Below are positions 54,501 to 63,179 of a stretch of DNA of 64,000 nt, piece by piece (the stretch's first letter is position 1; every line of letters starts with the position of its first letter). The position numbers and the translations under genes were made by a program. The notes beneath the pieces are model-generated. The model was not told where the DNA came from. It saw nothing but the letters and a program-made list of their open reading frames with translations, and ran no database searches. This DNA comes from a virus. Location: IMG/VR virus record IMGVR_UViG_3300034060_000588, positions 1 through 64,000 of that record. One strand, 5' to 3'.

Positions 54501-56563
54501 TTAGTTGGGTTCCATTGTGCTTTTGAATCTTCACTAAATGATAAGTCGTATGGTGGAAACCACATAATTCTTCCACCGTTTGGTCCTCTTTCACACGTTG
54601 GTAAGTCTTGTATCGTAAACCCAGGTTTGTCTGATGTTCTCCACGCTAAATTTTCTAATGAAAACATATATTTTTTTACTCTACCGTCTCTAATATTTGT
54701 AGAACCTTCACCTCTCATTGGTGCTATATTCAAATTAAATGTGTTGTCTAAAACAGAATTATGAAATTTACGACCAGATGTTGTTATACCATCTGTTTTT
54801 TGTAAATCACCATATGTATAATACGGGGTGTCTTTTTGAAAAACTCTACAATACTCTCTACCAACTTCATTACCGTTAATACCGATTGTTTCCCCACCAC
54901 TTACAGAATCATAATACGCAATAACTTGGGATCCTTTTGTTAGTTCTTTATATCCATCATTAAAAACTTTTGATACTTGATTAATCGCGTTTCCTACGTG
55001 TTTTAATCTTGCTTTACCAGTTAGTTTGTCTGCCGCGTCAATAATCCTTTGTGTGTCGTCAAGTATTGATCCAGATTTTAAATCAAAATCAACTGACTTA
55101 TCTCTACTAAACTGACTTGATACCGAATTAAAATCGTTACCTCGTCTTGGTGTGTCAGTGTTAAAATCAGGATCTGGTTTTACCGGATCACCACCTCTTC
55201 CAACTTTAAATCCAGCATTTGCTTGGTATTTTGGTGATGTCCATATAAACTCACCCATAATACCACCACCATCGGTAATAGACTTACCTTTTAAACCAAA
55301 ATTTAATTTTTGTTCATTACCTTCATATAAAATCCCTAGTTCTGATGGACCATAAACAATTGTGTTTTGTTGTTTACCAAAACTATTTACAGCAACTTGA
55401 TTGGGTGGTGATTCAATTAGTGAGGGTTCTGAAAACGCACTACCAACATAATATTTCCCAGTAATCTGTGGGTCATTATCTAAAAAGTTAGTTACCGCAT
55501 TTTGTAAGTTCGCACTTACACTTCCTCTGTTGTAGGACGGTCTATATGTGTTATAATCTAAACTATTAAATAAAACTGACTGTTGTGCTTTACCTGTGTT
55601 TGAAATGAATGTCTCCGATGGATTTCTCATTAAACTCAAGATTGGTCCTACATTTCCAGTAATATTATTAATATTTTCTAGTGCCGTCTCAACAACTGGT
55701 GCTTGTATAGGTGAAAAAGTATCAAAATAATCACCAGGTATTGGGGATGCAGGATAATAGTTTTCTTGTATTCTATTGGTAAATTGTTGGTTGTTTGATT
55801 GTGTATCAGCACCAACCGTAATTTTCCAGTCTTTATTTGATAAAGGTTGGTTATTAAAGTTTGTAAATAAATTAGAAAAAGGACTATTTAATGTGTTTAA
55901 ATTTCCAAAACCAAGTGGTATTGATGGTCCTTGTGCATTTAAAAATGTTACTTCATAAGCAATTCTTTCTTCAAATGCAGATTTAAGACTTGATGCTGCA
56001 ATTTTTGCAAGATAGGTATCTTGAGATAATAACCCACTAGTCCCATTTGGGTTTTGACTAGTTAATATCTGATATGGTTTGTACAGAGATGTAACAAACG
56101 GCTCGTTATATGACTGAAAGTATTGTTCTGATAGTTGTATGTCGGTAATCGTAAATAAATCGTTAAAACCACCTTCTGGTCCATACTTATTTTGAATGTA
56201 TGCTGCGTCAATAAAAAATTCATTTATTAAATCTATTGACTGAAACTCTGGGTCATTTGGGTTATAGGGTCCTTGGTTTGAATCTACCGGTAGTGGTTGT
56301 CCTGGTACACTATATTTACCACTAAAACCACCATCTGGTCCGTATTCATTTAAAGGATATAGTCCATTTGCAAACTGATTTGTACCAATATAGTTGTCTG
56401 GTGAATCTATTACAGAAGAATCTTGTAGTGGTGAAACCTCATAAGTCACATTACCGGCTGGTGGACTATATGTTCCTTGTACATTATATGGTGCTAGATT
56501 TCTAGCAATTAAAGAATTTCTAAAAGAAGATGAAGAAACAAATGATAATGTACTTTCAGACAT
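51512..56563 (-). CDS. Large baseplate/tail-tube initiator-like protein with OmpA-like insertion
   Basis: 1683 aa; FSEDSKAQWNPTKFLGRPEPIYTYQNSSRSG and PPVLVLRIGDFY...QPMIAKITLSF tube-initiator-like motifs. Confidence 0.68.
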   Translation of the reverse strand: MSESTLSFVSSSSFRNSLIARNLAPYNVQGTYSPPAGNVTYEVSPLQDSSVIDSPDNYIGTNQFANGLYPLNEYGPDGGFSGKYSVPGQPLPVDSNQGPYNPNDPEFQSIDLINEFFIDAAYIQNKYGPEGGFNDLFTITDIQLSEQYFQSYNEPFVTSLYKPYQILTSQNPNGTSGLLSQDTYLAKIAASSLKSAFEERIAYEVTFLNAQGPSIPLGFGNLNTLNSPFSNLFTNFNNQPLSNKDWKITVGADTQSNNQQFTNRIQENYYPASPIPGDYFDTFSPIQAPVVETALENINNITGNVGPILSLMRNPSETFISNTGKAQQSVLFNSLDYNTYRPSYNRGSVSANLQNAVTNFLDNDPQITGKYYVGSAFSEPSLIESPPNQVAVNSFGKQQNTIVYGPSELGILYEGNEQKLNFGLKGKSITDGGGIMGEFIWTSPKYQANAGFKVGRGGDPVKPDPDFNTDTPRRGNDFNSVSSQFSRDKSVDFDLKSGSILDDTQRIIDAADKLTGKARLKHVGNAINQVSKVFNDGYKELTKGSQVIAYYDSVSGGETIGINGNEVGREYCRVFQKDTPYYTYGDLQKTDGITTSGRKFHNSVLDNTFNLNIAPMRGEGSTNIRDGRVKKYMFSLENLAWRTSDKPGFTIQDLPTCERGPNGGRIMWFPPYDLSFSEDSKAQWNPTKFLGRPEPIYTYQNSSRSGTISWKIVVDNPSSLNTIIEKQLAKKTDQEVNSIVDSFFAGCVKYDLYDLAAKFNQIPISELYTYQEILNDARTTPEEVNTVLSEISKIKEEKSGGANSGNQTTDGTGTDNSRKKVIIEEELTPNYMIYFAQGQPRISGGKCEQITSDDDYSTYYKNLLTQKTTKVGNNGNYVANKEAAKNNGVEYPADSVIDFFNKEIEKSVSVVDEFLDKIGNILGDGGEVNMTFVGATNTVGGGSACNQTADVYNRFLAKRRYDSVLQYLFQKKVSDTKTFKDYYTDGKLILAEPEALAFQSIVSYNGNTINCNETKGEFNVPAMACRSVILQSYTTKAAPVDPVIEPNPDPDPNPDNTVIITPPKKPVKKPDPVQKLKEGISKKILRNLFSECDYFEAIKETNPMVYESIKEKIKYFSPAFHSTTPEGLNSRLTFLNQCMRPGQTIPVVGNDNQLKYNDALNTSFGTPPVLVLRIGDFYHTKIIPNSLGITFDPLVYDINPEGIGVQPMIAKITLSFDFIGGQGLAGPIKQLQNALSFNYYGNTEIYDERSISTDKKEISDRDLQLAKLIVGNAGPPVKSKDVENQISQKGLTPIGNIVTTNLDTTTGIETGEISYYNLMGELQENTKNYFNTVVNQNKSITEVTNWGISQLVYKKSNYTKGNILDLTLKKETVLYGKPDNISKRFGKLIDNCVKDVNDDTNPIIVGMNNIKNIPSNIFRNIKETLKKTLKTNEIELNLLVQQQVNSIVATEETLNYSLRKTDVVCDNLDGVKLKTGDIKVYSLSAESTNQLITEITDAYQQSTQRDLIYFLNLLKTKIILSESFYDEENTIYTSNSGDLKITTIPDKRYYMGMSNILLNNNKFDAFVNSLIDSEVKKINGLELQIKEICTGFKNRCYDDHVAEIKYFETLDKDVEFQEFSKYEIKFTLEGASQTINFFKDKKIGYTTEEIGNSGQKKKKIKDLYNNKNLNENKETFNGKTTFN

Positions 56564-56594
56564 ACTAATTTTTATTTATTATATAAATAACTTG

Positions 56595-58460
56595 TTAGGG
56601 TGTTTTTTTAATAATAGTGGGTTGATTGTTCCCATTAAAAACTTTGTTTTTTGCGTCCATCATTAAATTTTGAATTTCTGTTTCGGTTAAACCTTTAGAC
56701 CATAAATCTATTATTAATTGTTGCATTTGTGTTGGTAATTTAGATATGTCACTCAATTTAAAGTCGTGAGTGAAAGTATAGTTAATGTTTCCAGAATGAT
56801 TAACTTTTTTTTCCATATTTGAATTAGTATAAAAATCATTAAAGTTTTTAACAAAATCAACATCATTAGCCGGTGTTGTATAAATCTTTGTTACCCCGTC
56901 CACAATACTTTGAAATTGATTTTTCAAGTCGGTAGTAGTAAGTTTTATACCATTATTAAAAATTTTTGTTCCTATATCAAATAGTTTATCACCAGTCATA
57001 TTCATAATATCTTTGATTGAGTTATTACCCATAAGTCCAATATTATCTCTGTATGTTTTTGAAGTTGTTGCAGGTTCGGATCCAAATTTAGAGTCTTCAA
57101 ACCCTTTGGTTGCCATTCTCAATGAACTAACATACGCACCAGAAAAAAGATTACTAGAAGCTAAACCGTATCGTTGAGCCATAACAAATTTATTTATATT
57201 TGTATTAAGTTTTCTTAATTCGTCTAACTGATCTTTAGCGATATCAGGCATACTATCTTGTTGAGAAAGTTGTTGTTGTTCAACAAGTTTTATTTGTTGT
57301 TCGGTTAAATTTTGAACAGCTACAGGATCGTATTCTCCGGTAAAATTTCCTTGATTGTCGGTTCTCGCAACCCTAATCTCAGCAATACCTTCTTTATTTA
57401 TCTGTGCCATTGTGGCAATCAAATTTTTGGTATCTTCATTGATTGGGAGATTTGGCATTCTGATTTGTTTGAGTTTATAATCAAAATTTCCCGCGTTTAT
57501 TGCCATTTTTTGTAGCTCACCATTATTGTAACCCAATTCTTTCCCAATCTCATTAAGTCTTCTTTTAGCACCAGGTAATATTTCAAATTGGTTAGTTTCT
57601 TTGTTGAATCTTGTAAATTCTTTTGTCATATTTACAATCTGGTTCTGTAGTTCGGCTGGGTCGTTTTGTGCCAAATCCATTAGTCTTAACGGATCTAATA
57701 AATCACTTGTTGTAACACCTAATCTTTGTAGTGATGCTGCTAAATTAATTGCACCTTCAGGATTAAACACTTTATCAACAATACCAAAAACACCTTCCAT
57801 TGACATTCCCAACTTACTCGCTTGTGCGGCCATTTTTGCTAAACCTTTAATTCCCCCATCAAAATTATACATATTCATTTTGTCAAGGTTACTAACTACT
57901 GAATCTGAAACAGATTTTACTGAAACACCTGCTTGTTGGGCGATTTTGGTTACTTCCATCATTTTATCACCAATACTGGCGATACCAACACCAACGTCTC
58001 TAAAATTTACAGCTAAAGTTTTTTGTTCAACACCAGTAACTTTTGATGTTGCGGCAAAATCCACCAACACGTCCTTACCTATTGTTAAATTTGTGTTTAA
58101 AGATTCAAATAGAGTTGACATAGCAAGACCGGCGTCGGCAACCTCAAGTCCAATTCCAACAAATTCTGGTATTGCGTCAGCAACGGCAACGGTTAGTTCT
58201 CTAGTTCTTTGACTAGAAACACCCAATGTTCTTGCTAGTCTAAAAGCTTCTTCGTTTAAAGATTTTGTTGCTTCAATATATTTGGATGGAGCAAAAGCTT
58301 CTTTTAATGTGTTTGTTAAAACACTTAAAACACTTTTTGGGTCTTTAATAAGTTCTTCTAGTTTTCCACCAATATCAATTGTTGCGTCTTGAATACCGGT
58401 TTTTACTTCTTCTTTTTTTTCCGTTAAACTAGTTTTAGGTGCTGGGTCAAGAATTAACAT
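56595..58460 (-). CDS. Tape measure protein (or first of several TMP-like genes)
   Basis: Helical Ala/Gly/Met-rich; GLAKMAAQASKLGMSM, EGAINLAASLQRLG; follows tube and chaperone. Confidence 0.75.
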   Translation of the reverse strand: MLILDPAPKTSLTEKKEEVKTGIQDATIDIGGKLEELIKDPKSVLSVLTNTLKEAFAPSKYIEATKSLNEEAFRLARTLGVSSQRTRELTVAVADAIPEFVGIGLEVADAGLAMSTLFESLNTNLTIGKDVLVDFAATSKVTGVEQKTLAVNFRDVGVGIASIGDKMMEVTKIAQQAGVSVKSVSDSVVSNLDKMNMYNFDGGIKGLAKMAAQASKLGMSMEGVFGIVDKVFNPEGAINLAASLQRLGVTTSDLLDPLRLMDLAQNDPAELQNQIVNMTKEFTRFNKETNQFEILPGAKRRLNEIGKELGYNNGELQKMAINAGNFDYKLKQIRMPNLPINEDTKNLIATMAQINKEGIAEIRVARTDNQGNFTGEYDPVAVQNLTEQQIKLVEQQQLSQQDSMPDIAKDQLDELRKLNTNINKFVMAQRYGLASSNLFSGAYVSSLRMATKGFEDSKFGSEPATTSKTYRDNIGLMGNNSIKDIMNMTGDKLFDIGTKIFNNGIKLTTTDLKNQFQSIVDGVTKIYTTPANDVDFVKNFNDFYTNSNMEKKVNHSGNINYTFTHDFKLSDISKLPTQMQQLIIDLWSKGLTETEIQNLMMDAKNKVFNGNNQPTIIKKTP

Positions 58461-58492
58461 AATTGATTTGTCTTTAATTGATAAATATTAAT

Positions 58493-58648
58493 TTATTGTT
58501 TTTTATTGTCTTCAATAATTTTATCAATTAAAAACCTTCTAACATATGTTGGTATTTTTAAAAATTCACTATATTGTGTTCTTAAAATTTTGGCTAGAAT
58601 ATAATATTCGGTAAGTAAATGGGCTTGGTAATCAGAAGAAAGGCCGAA
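58493..58648 (-). CDS. Predicted frameshift extension of tail assembly chaperone (gpGT/T4 gp51-like C-terminus)
   Basis: +1-frame ORF FGLSSDYQAHLLTEYYILAKILRTQYSEFLKIPTYVRRFLIDKIIEDNKKQ*, no ATG, overlaps end of 58632-59396 at TTT TTT CGG. Confidence 0.7.
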   Translation of the reverse strand, partial: FGLSSDYQAHLLTEYYILAKILRTQYSEFLKIPTYVRRFLIDKIIEDNKKQ

Positions 58649-59396
58649 AAAACTCCACCCCAAAAGCGATACCTACGTTCACTTTTTCTCCTGATGGGGC
58701 GATAACTTCTTTTTTTAGGTCTAATCTTGGTTCGTTTTCGTTCAAGTAATTTTTAATATGTTTTGAGTCCATAATCGGCATACTCTCAATAAATTTTGCA
58801 ATCTCCCCTTGGTCTCTACTACCATTTAATTCTATAATATTTTTTTGTAACCGTAAAGTGGCTGATGGTGCCATACGACCTTGTGGGTAATTTGCAATAA
58901 TACTATCAATTTCAATATAATCTTTTAATGTTAAAATTTTTAATTTGACTTGTGCCCCACTTCTAGGTAACTGTGTTTCAAATAAACCTTCTTCATTTGG
59001 TTCAAATGGTGTCTGAACAATATTTAATTCGTCTAATAATATTGTTGCTTGAAATGTCTTCTCTGTTTTTGGATCGGTTAACTCAACTGCGTACTCTGGG
59101 CCAAACGATGTGTTTCTTAAAAAGATTAATAAGGCTTCCAAATCACCATCTAATAATTCTTCTGGCCGAAGGTCTGGTTCATATAATTTATTTTTTAATA
59201 AAGGTAATACAATAGATTCTTTTACAGATTTACTAAAATTTAAATTAGCTAAAATGTTTTCATCTGACGCGGTTAAATAACCAACTTTAACACTTTTCTT
59301 TTTTGATTTATAAAACTTACCTCTAGAGGGTAACATAACCACATCGTGAGGTAAATTAAAATTCATTTGACCAATTTCATTCGTATTTGCATCCAT
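58632..59396 (-). CDS. Tail assembly chaperone/baseplate hub assembly protein (T4 gp26/gp51-like)
   Basis: V.LPSRGKFY, YLTASDENIL, GD..ALLIFLRNTSFGPEY, QLPRSG, C-terminal FFRPFF; between tube and TMP. Confidence 0.8.
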   Translation of the reverse strand: MDANTNEIGQMNFNLPHDVVMLPSRGKFYKSKKKSVKVGYLTASDENILANLNFSKSVKESIVLPLLKNKLYEPDLRPEELLDGDLEALLIFLRNTSFGPEYAVELTDPKTEKTFQATILLDELNIVQTPFEPNEEGLFETQLPRSGAQVKLKILTLKDYIEIDSIIANYPQGRMAPSATLRLQKNIIELNGSRDQGEIAKFIESMPIMDSKHIKNYLNENEPRLDLKKEVIAPSGEKVNVGIAFGVEFFRPFF

Positions 59397-59448
59397 AGTA
59401 TTTCTTTTATTATAAAAATACTTTACTTATGTTTTTTGTAAATATAAA

Positions 59449-59480
59449 TAAAAAAAATCCCCATACAGAAGTTGGGGATC
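59449..59480 (-). terminator. Intrinsic terminator after tail tube
   Basis: ATCCCCA-N9-TGGGGAT stem then T run on minus strand. Confidence 0.75.
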
Positions 59481-59509
59481 TGAAATAAAATATTTTCGTT
59501 GAAGTATTT

Positions 59510-59998
59510 TTAGTATACGAGAATACAACGATCCATTCTAAGCGATGCTGTAATGTCAGCTAAAGCGTCTTGGTTATAAGCCAATGAACCAAAGTTTACA
59601 GAAGTTAAAAAACAACCTTCTAAAATCCATTTTTCAACAACAACTCCGGTAGGATCCAACATTTCTAAATCTACGTTCTTTTTATAACCCGCAGCATAAC
59701 CCATACGACCAGTTACCGACTCAGCACATAGACGTACCCACTCCATAAGAGCTTGAGAGGCGGAAGGTCCGATTGGGTCTCTAAATTTAACAGAGATTTC
59801 TTCCCAGTTAAAACGACCAGCAACATAAGTAGAGGTGTTTAAAAATTGAATTTCAGTAGAACCAACTTTAATAGACGGTCTTGCTGCACTTTCAACAAAC
59901 CATTCGTTTATCCCTAAACTAGATGGAAATCTTACGATAAACCTATTCTGTCTTTTCGGTTCATACGGGATAGGCATTTTCATTAGTAAATCAGCCAT
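59510..59998 (-). CDS. Tail tube protein (T4 gp19-like)
   Basis: EPKRQNRF, YVAGRFNWEEISVKFRD, YKKNVDLEMLDPTGVVVEKWILEGCF..SVNFGSLAY. Confidence 0.9.
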   Translation of the reverse strand: MADLLMKMPIPYEPKRQNRFIVRFPSSLGINEWFVESAARPSIKVGSTEIQFLNTSTYVAGRFNWEEISVKFRDPIGPSASQALMEWVRLCAESVTGRMGYAAGYKKNVDLEMLDPTGVVVEKWILEGCFLTSVNFGSLAYNQDALADITASLRMDRCILVY

Positions 59999-59999
59999 A

Positions 60000-60188
60000 A
60001 TTATTAATTAAATTTTTTGTTTATTTAATTATAAATATAGACCTAACAAAAATTTTTCTATTTACTTTTATTTTTTTAAAATTATATATTATATATAACT
60101 TACTTAATTAATAATATTTAACTTTATTTTACTATTAATAATAACTAATTTTTAATTCTATTTAAATATTAATAATAAATAATAGTTT
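60000..60188. other. Extremely AT-rich non-coding region
   Basis: About 190 nt with very few G/C and repeated TAATAA/TATATA units; longest non-coding gap in the window. Confidence 0.6.
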
Positions 60189-61100
60189 TTAATTCTTTTT
60201 ACTTATAACAATTTTTTTAGTTTCATTGTCTGATGTATCATATACAACAAAATGAATTTCTGGGTATTGGAAACTTAATTCAGTTCTAATAAAATCTTCT
60301 GCGGCTTTTACGTTTCTTACGTCATCATCGGAAAAACCAAAGGAAATTGATTTATGACCACTATTAATCCAGTAGTCTATATCGTTCCAGATAGCTCTAA
60401 CAAAATTTCCAATAGCTACTTTTTTCGCGTGTTCTGGATTTGCTGCACTCCCTTTTACATCTAACCCAAACTTTTTACCAAATTCTTCCGATGATACTGG
60501 ATAATAATCCCCTTTTTCATCTAAATATAATTCTATAATTTGGTTATAATCTAATTCATTTAATTTTGAAATAAAATAGTTATTAAATCTTTTTTCATCT
60601 ATAAAGGAATTAATAATATTTTTAATCATTCCCTTTTTTTGTGTCTTGGTAAATGTCATATCAATAAACAACATTACACCTTTTTTTAAATCACTTGGTT
60701 TGTGTCCTCGTGCGGTGTTTATTGCAAACGGATTTGCATAATAAAGTACCTCTTTAAATTTTTTAGCACTTGGTGCAAATCTTTTTCTTTGTACTGCCCA
60801 TTTAATATCTCTAAAGAATGGTTCGGATTCTTTGAAATCTCTAAACGCTTCCTCTGGGTTATTATCTCTTAATCTATACTTGGGGTGGTTTCTAAGCCGT
60901 GCAAAATCCTCTGTTGATAGATCAACCGGTATCCAACTACCATCATCGTTATAATCCATTTTAATTTTGGTCGGCATAAATAATATATTATCATCCCAAT
61001 CTTTCATATAAACACGAAGATTCTTTTCAACCGGTTGTTTAATTTTTTGTTCAACTAACATCTCATCAATAATCCCTTTTACAATTTTTTTATGTAACAT
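60189..61100 (-). CDS. HAD-superfamily hydrolase-like protein (start revised to ATG 61100)
   Basis: DWDDNIL (motif I), INTARGH (II), HAKK (III), GFSDDDVRNV (IV); track start 61148 overlaps promoter. Confidence 0.72.
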   Translation of the reverse strand: MLHKKIVKGIIDEMLVEQKIKQPVEKNLRVYMKDWDDNILFMPTKIKMDYNDDGSWIPVDLSTEDFARLRNHPKYRLRDNNPEEAFRDFKESEPFFRDIKWAVQRKRFAPSAKKFKEVLYYANPFAINTARGHKPSDLKKGVMLFIDMTFTKTQKKGMIKNIINSFIDEKRFNNYFISKLNELDYNQIIELYLDEKGDYYPVSSEEFGKKFGLDVKGSAANPEHAKKVAIGNFVRAIWNDIDYWINSGHKSISFGFSDDDVRNVKAAEDFIRTELSFQYPEIHFVVYDTSDNETKKIVISKKN

Positions 61101-61118
61101 AACCTTATTTAATATGTA

Positions 61119-61149
61119 CAAAGTTAAAAATAAATTCCGTATAAACAAA
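61119..61149 (-). promoter_or_regulatory. Bacteroidota housekeeping-sigma promoter (-33/-7)
   Basis: TTTG(61149-61146)-N19-TAACTTTG(61126-61119). Confidence 0.8.
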
Positions 61150-61175
61150 AAAACCTCACAAAAAAATTCGTGAGG
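61147..61175 (-). terminator. Intrinsic terminator after fibre gene array
   Basis: CCTCAC...GTGAGG stem followed by T run on minus strand. Confidence 0.65.
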
Positions 61176-61200
61176 CTCTTGATTATGATTAATTTTTTTA

Positions 61201-62421
61201 TTAAGGTACGATTTCTAAAACAGTACCATTTCTCCAAACTGTTCCTGGTGCAAGACCTGCTGAACTTGTTGGTATATTACTAATGTGTAAACAGTTTACG
61301 TGTGTTGTGTTTGCAGCTGTACTTGTAATATCATTACCAATAATAAATGAACAATCGTTAACAATTTTATTATTACAACCACCAAGTATACCACCAAATT
61401 GATTATTTATAGTATTACCAGATCCACTACCTATTATTGTAAAACATCCATTTGATATTTTATTACCATAACCACCACTAATTGTTGACATATTAAAGAA
61501 TGCGGTATTAAAACGGCCACCAGTTACAGATGAAGAAGGACAAAATGCTGTATTGTCCGTACCACCACCAACAAATGTTGCCAAAGCAAGTGCTGAATTA
61601 TTAACACCACCACCAACAAAAGCACAACCACCAGAACCAGCTCTATTATTAAGACCACCACCAACAAATGAGTAACCACCTGTTGCTTTATTTGTTGCAC
61701 CGCCAACAACTGTTGACCAAGATGTTGATGCGGTATTTTGACAACCACCACCTACAAATGAAAAACAGTTGTTTGCTGTATGATTAAAACCACCAACAAC
61801 TGTTGAATAATCGTTATTTGTTATACTGCCGCAGCCGCCAATAATAGTTGAATAACAACCGACTGATAAATTACATCTACCACCACCAATAAATGAACCG
61901 TAACAATTTGTTGCATTACGTACACCACCAACTATAGTTGAATATAAACTTGTTGTAGTATTTAAGGATCCACCCAAAATTACCGAACTAGTACTTGACG
62001 TGTTTGACTGTCCACCACCAATTACTGAATGAGAACCACTTGATGTGTTATAATATCCACCACCAACAAATGAACTATAACCACTTGATGTGTTACACCA
62101 TCCACCCACAATAGATGAAGCATAACCGTTTGTTCTATTATTTAAACCACTACCAACAAACGAAAAACAGTCATTAGTTGTATTACCAGACCCACCACCT
62201 ATAACCGAACAATTACCTAATGATTTATTATTAATACCACCACTAACTAAAGAATAGCTAGCATTTGCTGTATTGTTAGTACCAACTCTAACAGTAGAGC
62301 AAGTTCCAGTTCCCGCTGAATAAATTGTTGGTCCACCAACTCCGGAAAGACCACTACCATCACCATAAAATGTTGTACCACTTATTGTTATTGCTGATAT
62401 ACTATCACTTATAAATCCCAT
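61201..62421 (-). CDS. Gly/Ser/Asn-rich repeat fibre-like protein
   Basis: About 20 x 14-aa S-x-(V/I)-GGG-x-x-N-T repeats; ISGTTFYGDGSGLSG N-terminus; IPTSSAGL..GTVWRNGTVLEIVP C-terminus. Confidence 0.75.
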   Translation of the reverse strand: MGFISDSISAITISGTTFYGDGSGLSGVGGPTIYSAGTGTCSTVRVGTNNTANASYSLVSGGINNKSLGNCSVIGGGSGNTTNDCFSFVGSGLNNRTNGYASSIVGGWCNTSSGYSSFVGGGYYNTSSGSHSVIGGGQSNTSSTSSVILGGSLNTTTSLYSTIVGGVRNATNCYGSFIGGGRCNLSVGCYSTIIGGCGSITNNDYSTVVGGFNHTANNCFSFVGGGCQNTASTSWSTVVGGATNKATGGYSFVGGGLNNRAGSGGCAFVGGGVNNSALALATFVGGGTDNTAFCPSSSVTGGRFNTAFFNMSTISGGYGNKISNGCFTIIGSGSGNTINNQFGGILGGCNNKIVNDCSFIIGNDITSTAANTTHVNCLHISNIPTSSAGLAPGTVWRNGTVLEIVP

Positions 62422-62441
62422 ATTTTATTTTTTTTAATTTT

Positions 62442-63155
62442 TTATACAAATGTTCCTGATGTTACCCAAGAACCACCAACTCTTTTTTCTATTATAAATG
62501 TTGCCCCAGATATTCTCATTCTCCAAGACCCATTTGTGTTCACATCTCCAAAATAAATATATCCGGATGACTGGATATTGGCATTTGGCATATAAACCAT
62601 ATCATTTTCTGTTGCAATAATACTTTGTCCACCTACAACAGCACTTCTTGTACCAATAGATTTATTTGCATAACCACCAAGTATCATTGAGCAATCACCT
62701 ACCGTTGTGTTTGACCATCCACCACCAATAAATGAATAACAACCACTTGATGTGTTTTGATAACCACCACTTACAATTGAAGCACTTCCACTTGATGTGT
62801 TTTGTATTCCACCACTTACGGTTGAGCAATTAGCTGAAGCTGTATTGTCAGTACCACCATTTACTGTTGAAAAATATGAACTGGCCGTGTTTCTTCTTCC
62901 ACCACTTACAGTTGAGGTTGAGCCAATTGCTTTATTTTGTATTCCACCACTAACAGTTGAGGAATTGTTATTTGCGGTATTTTGTTGTCCTCCCGTTACA
63001 ATTGAGTAGTCACCAATTGCTGAGTTATTATTCCCAATTCTTTGTGTTGAGTCTATTCCAGAACCCACTTCATACAGTGAAGAACCACCTGGTGTAATTT
63101 CCGTTCCACAAACAAATAGTTTTATTGTTTCTATTTTGTCTACATTTAAAGGCAT
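62442..63155 (-). CDS. Gly/Ser/Asn-rich repeat fibre-like protein
   Basis: STVSGG..NT repeats; N-terminus shared with 63180-63989; distinct YFGD.NTNGSWRM...IEKRVGGSWV C-terminus. Confidence 0.75.
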   Translation of the reverse strand: MPLNVDKIETIKLFVCGTEITPGGSSLYEVGSGIDSTQRIGNNNSAIGDYSIVTGGQQNTANNNSSTVSGGIQNKAIGSTSTVSGGRRNTASSYFSTVNGGTDNTASANCSTVSGGIQNTSSGSASIVSGGYQNTSSGCYSFIGGGWSNTTVGDCSMILGGYANKSIGTRSAVVGGQSIIATENDMVYMPNANIQSSGYIYFGDVNTNGSWRMRISGATFIIEKRVGGSWVTSGTFV

Positions 63156-63179
63156 AATTTTTTGTTTTTAATTTTTTTA

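Larger units (their letters stand above)
205..60037. promoter_or_regulatory. Recurrent TATTTAT motif (coding-strand orientation) just upstream of gene starts; putative phage late promoter
   Basis: Copies at 205, 6563, 6651, 8562, 10631, 12939, 23181, 32494, 35524, 39174, 44654, 56583, 58481, 59444, 60031, each oriented with the downstream gene. Confidence 0.7.

Noticed and set aside
58570-58652. Canonical -1 frameshift or TGA read-through in tail chaperone
   Set aside because: Both frames hit TAG within about 20 codons; only the +1/-2 frame spans the gap with a plausible protein
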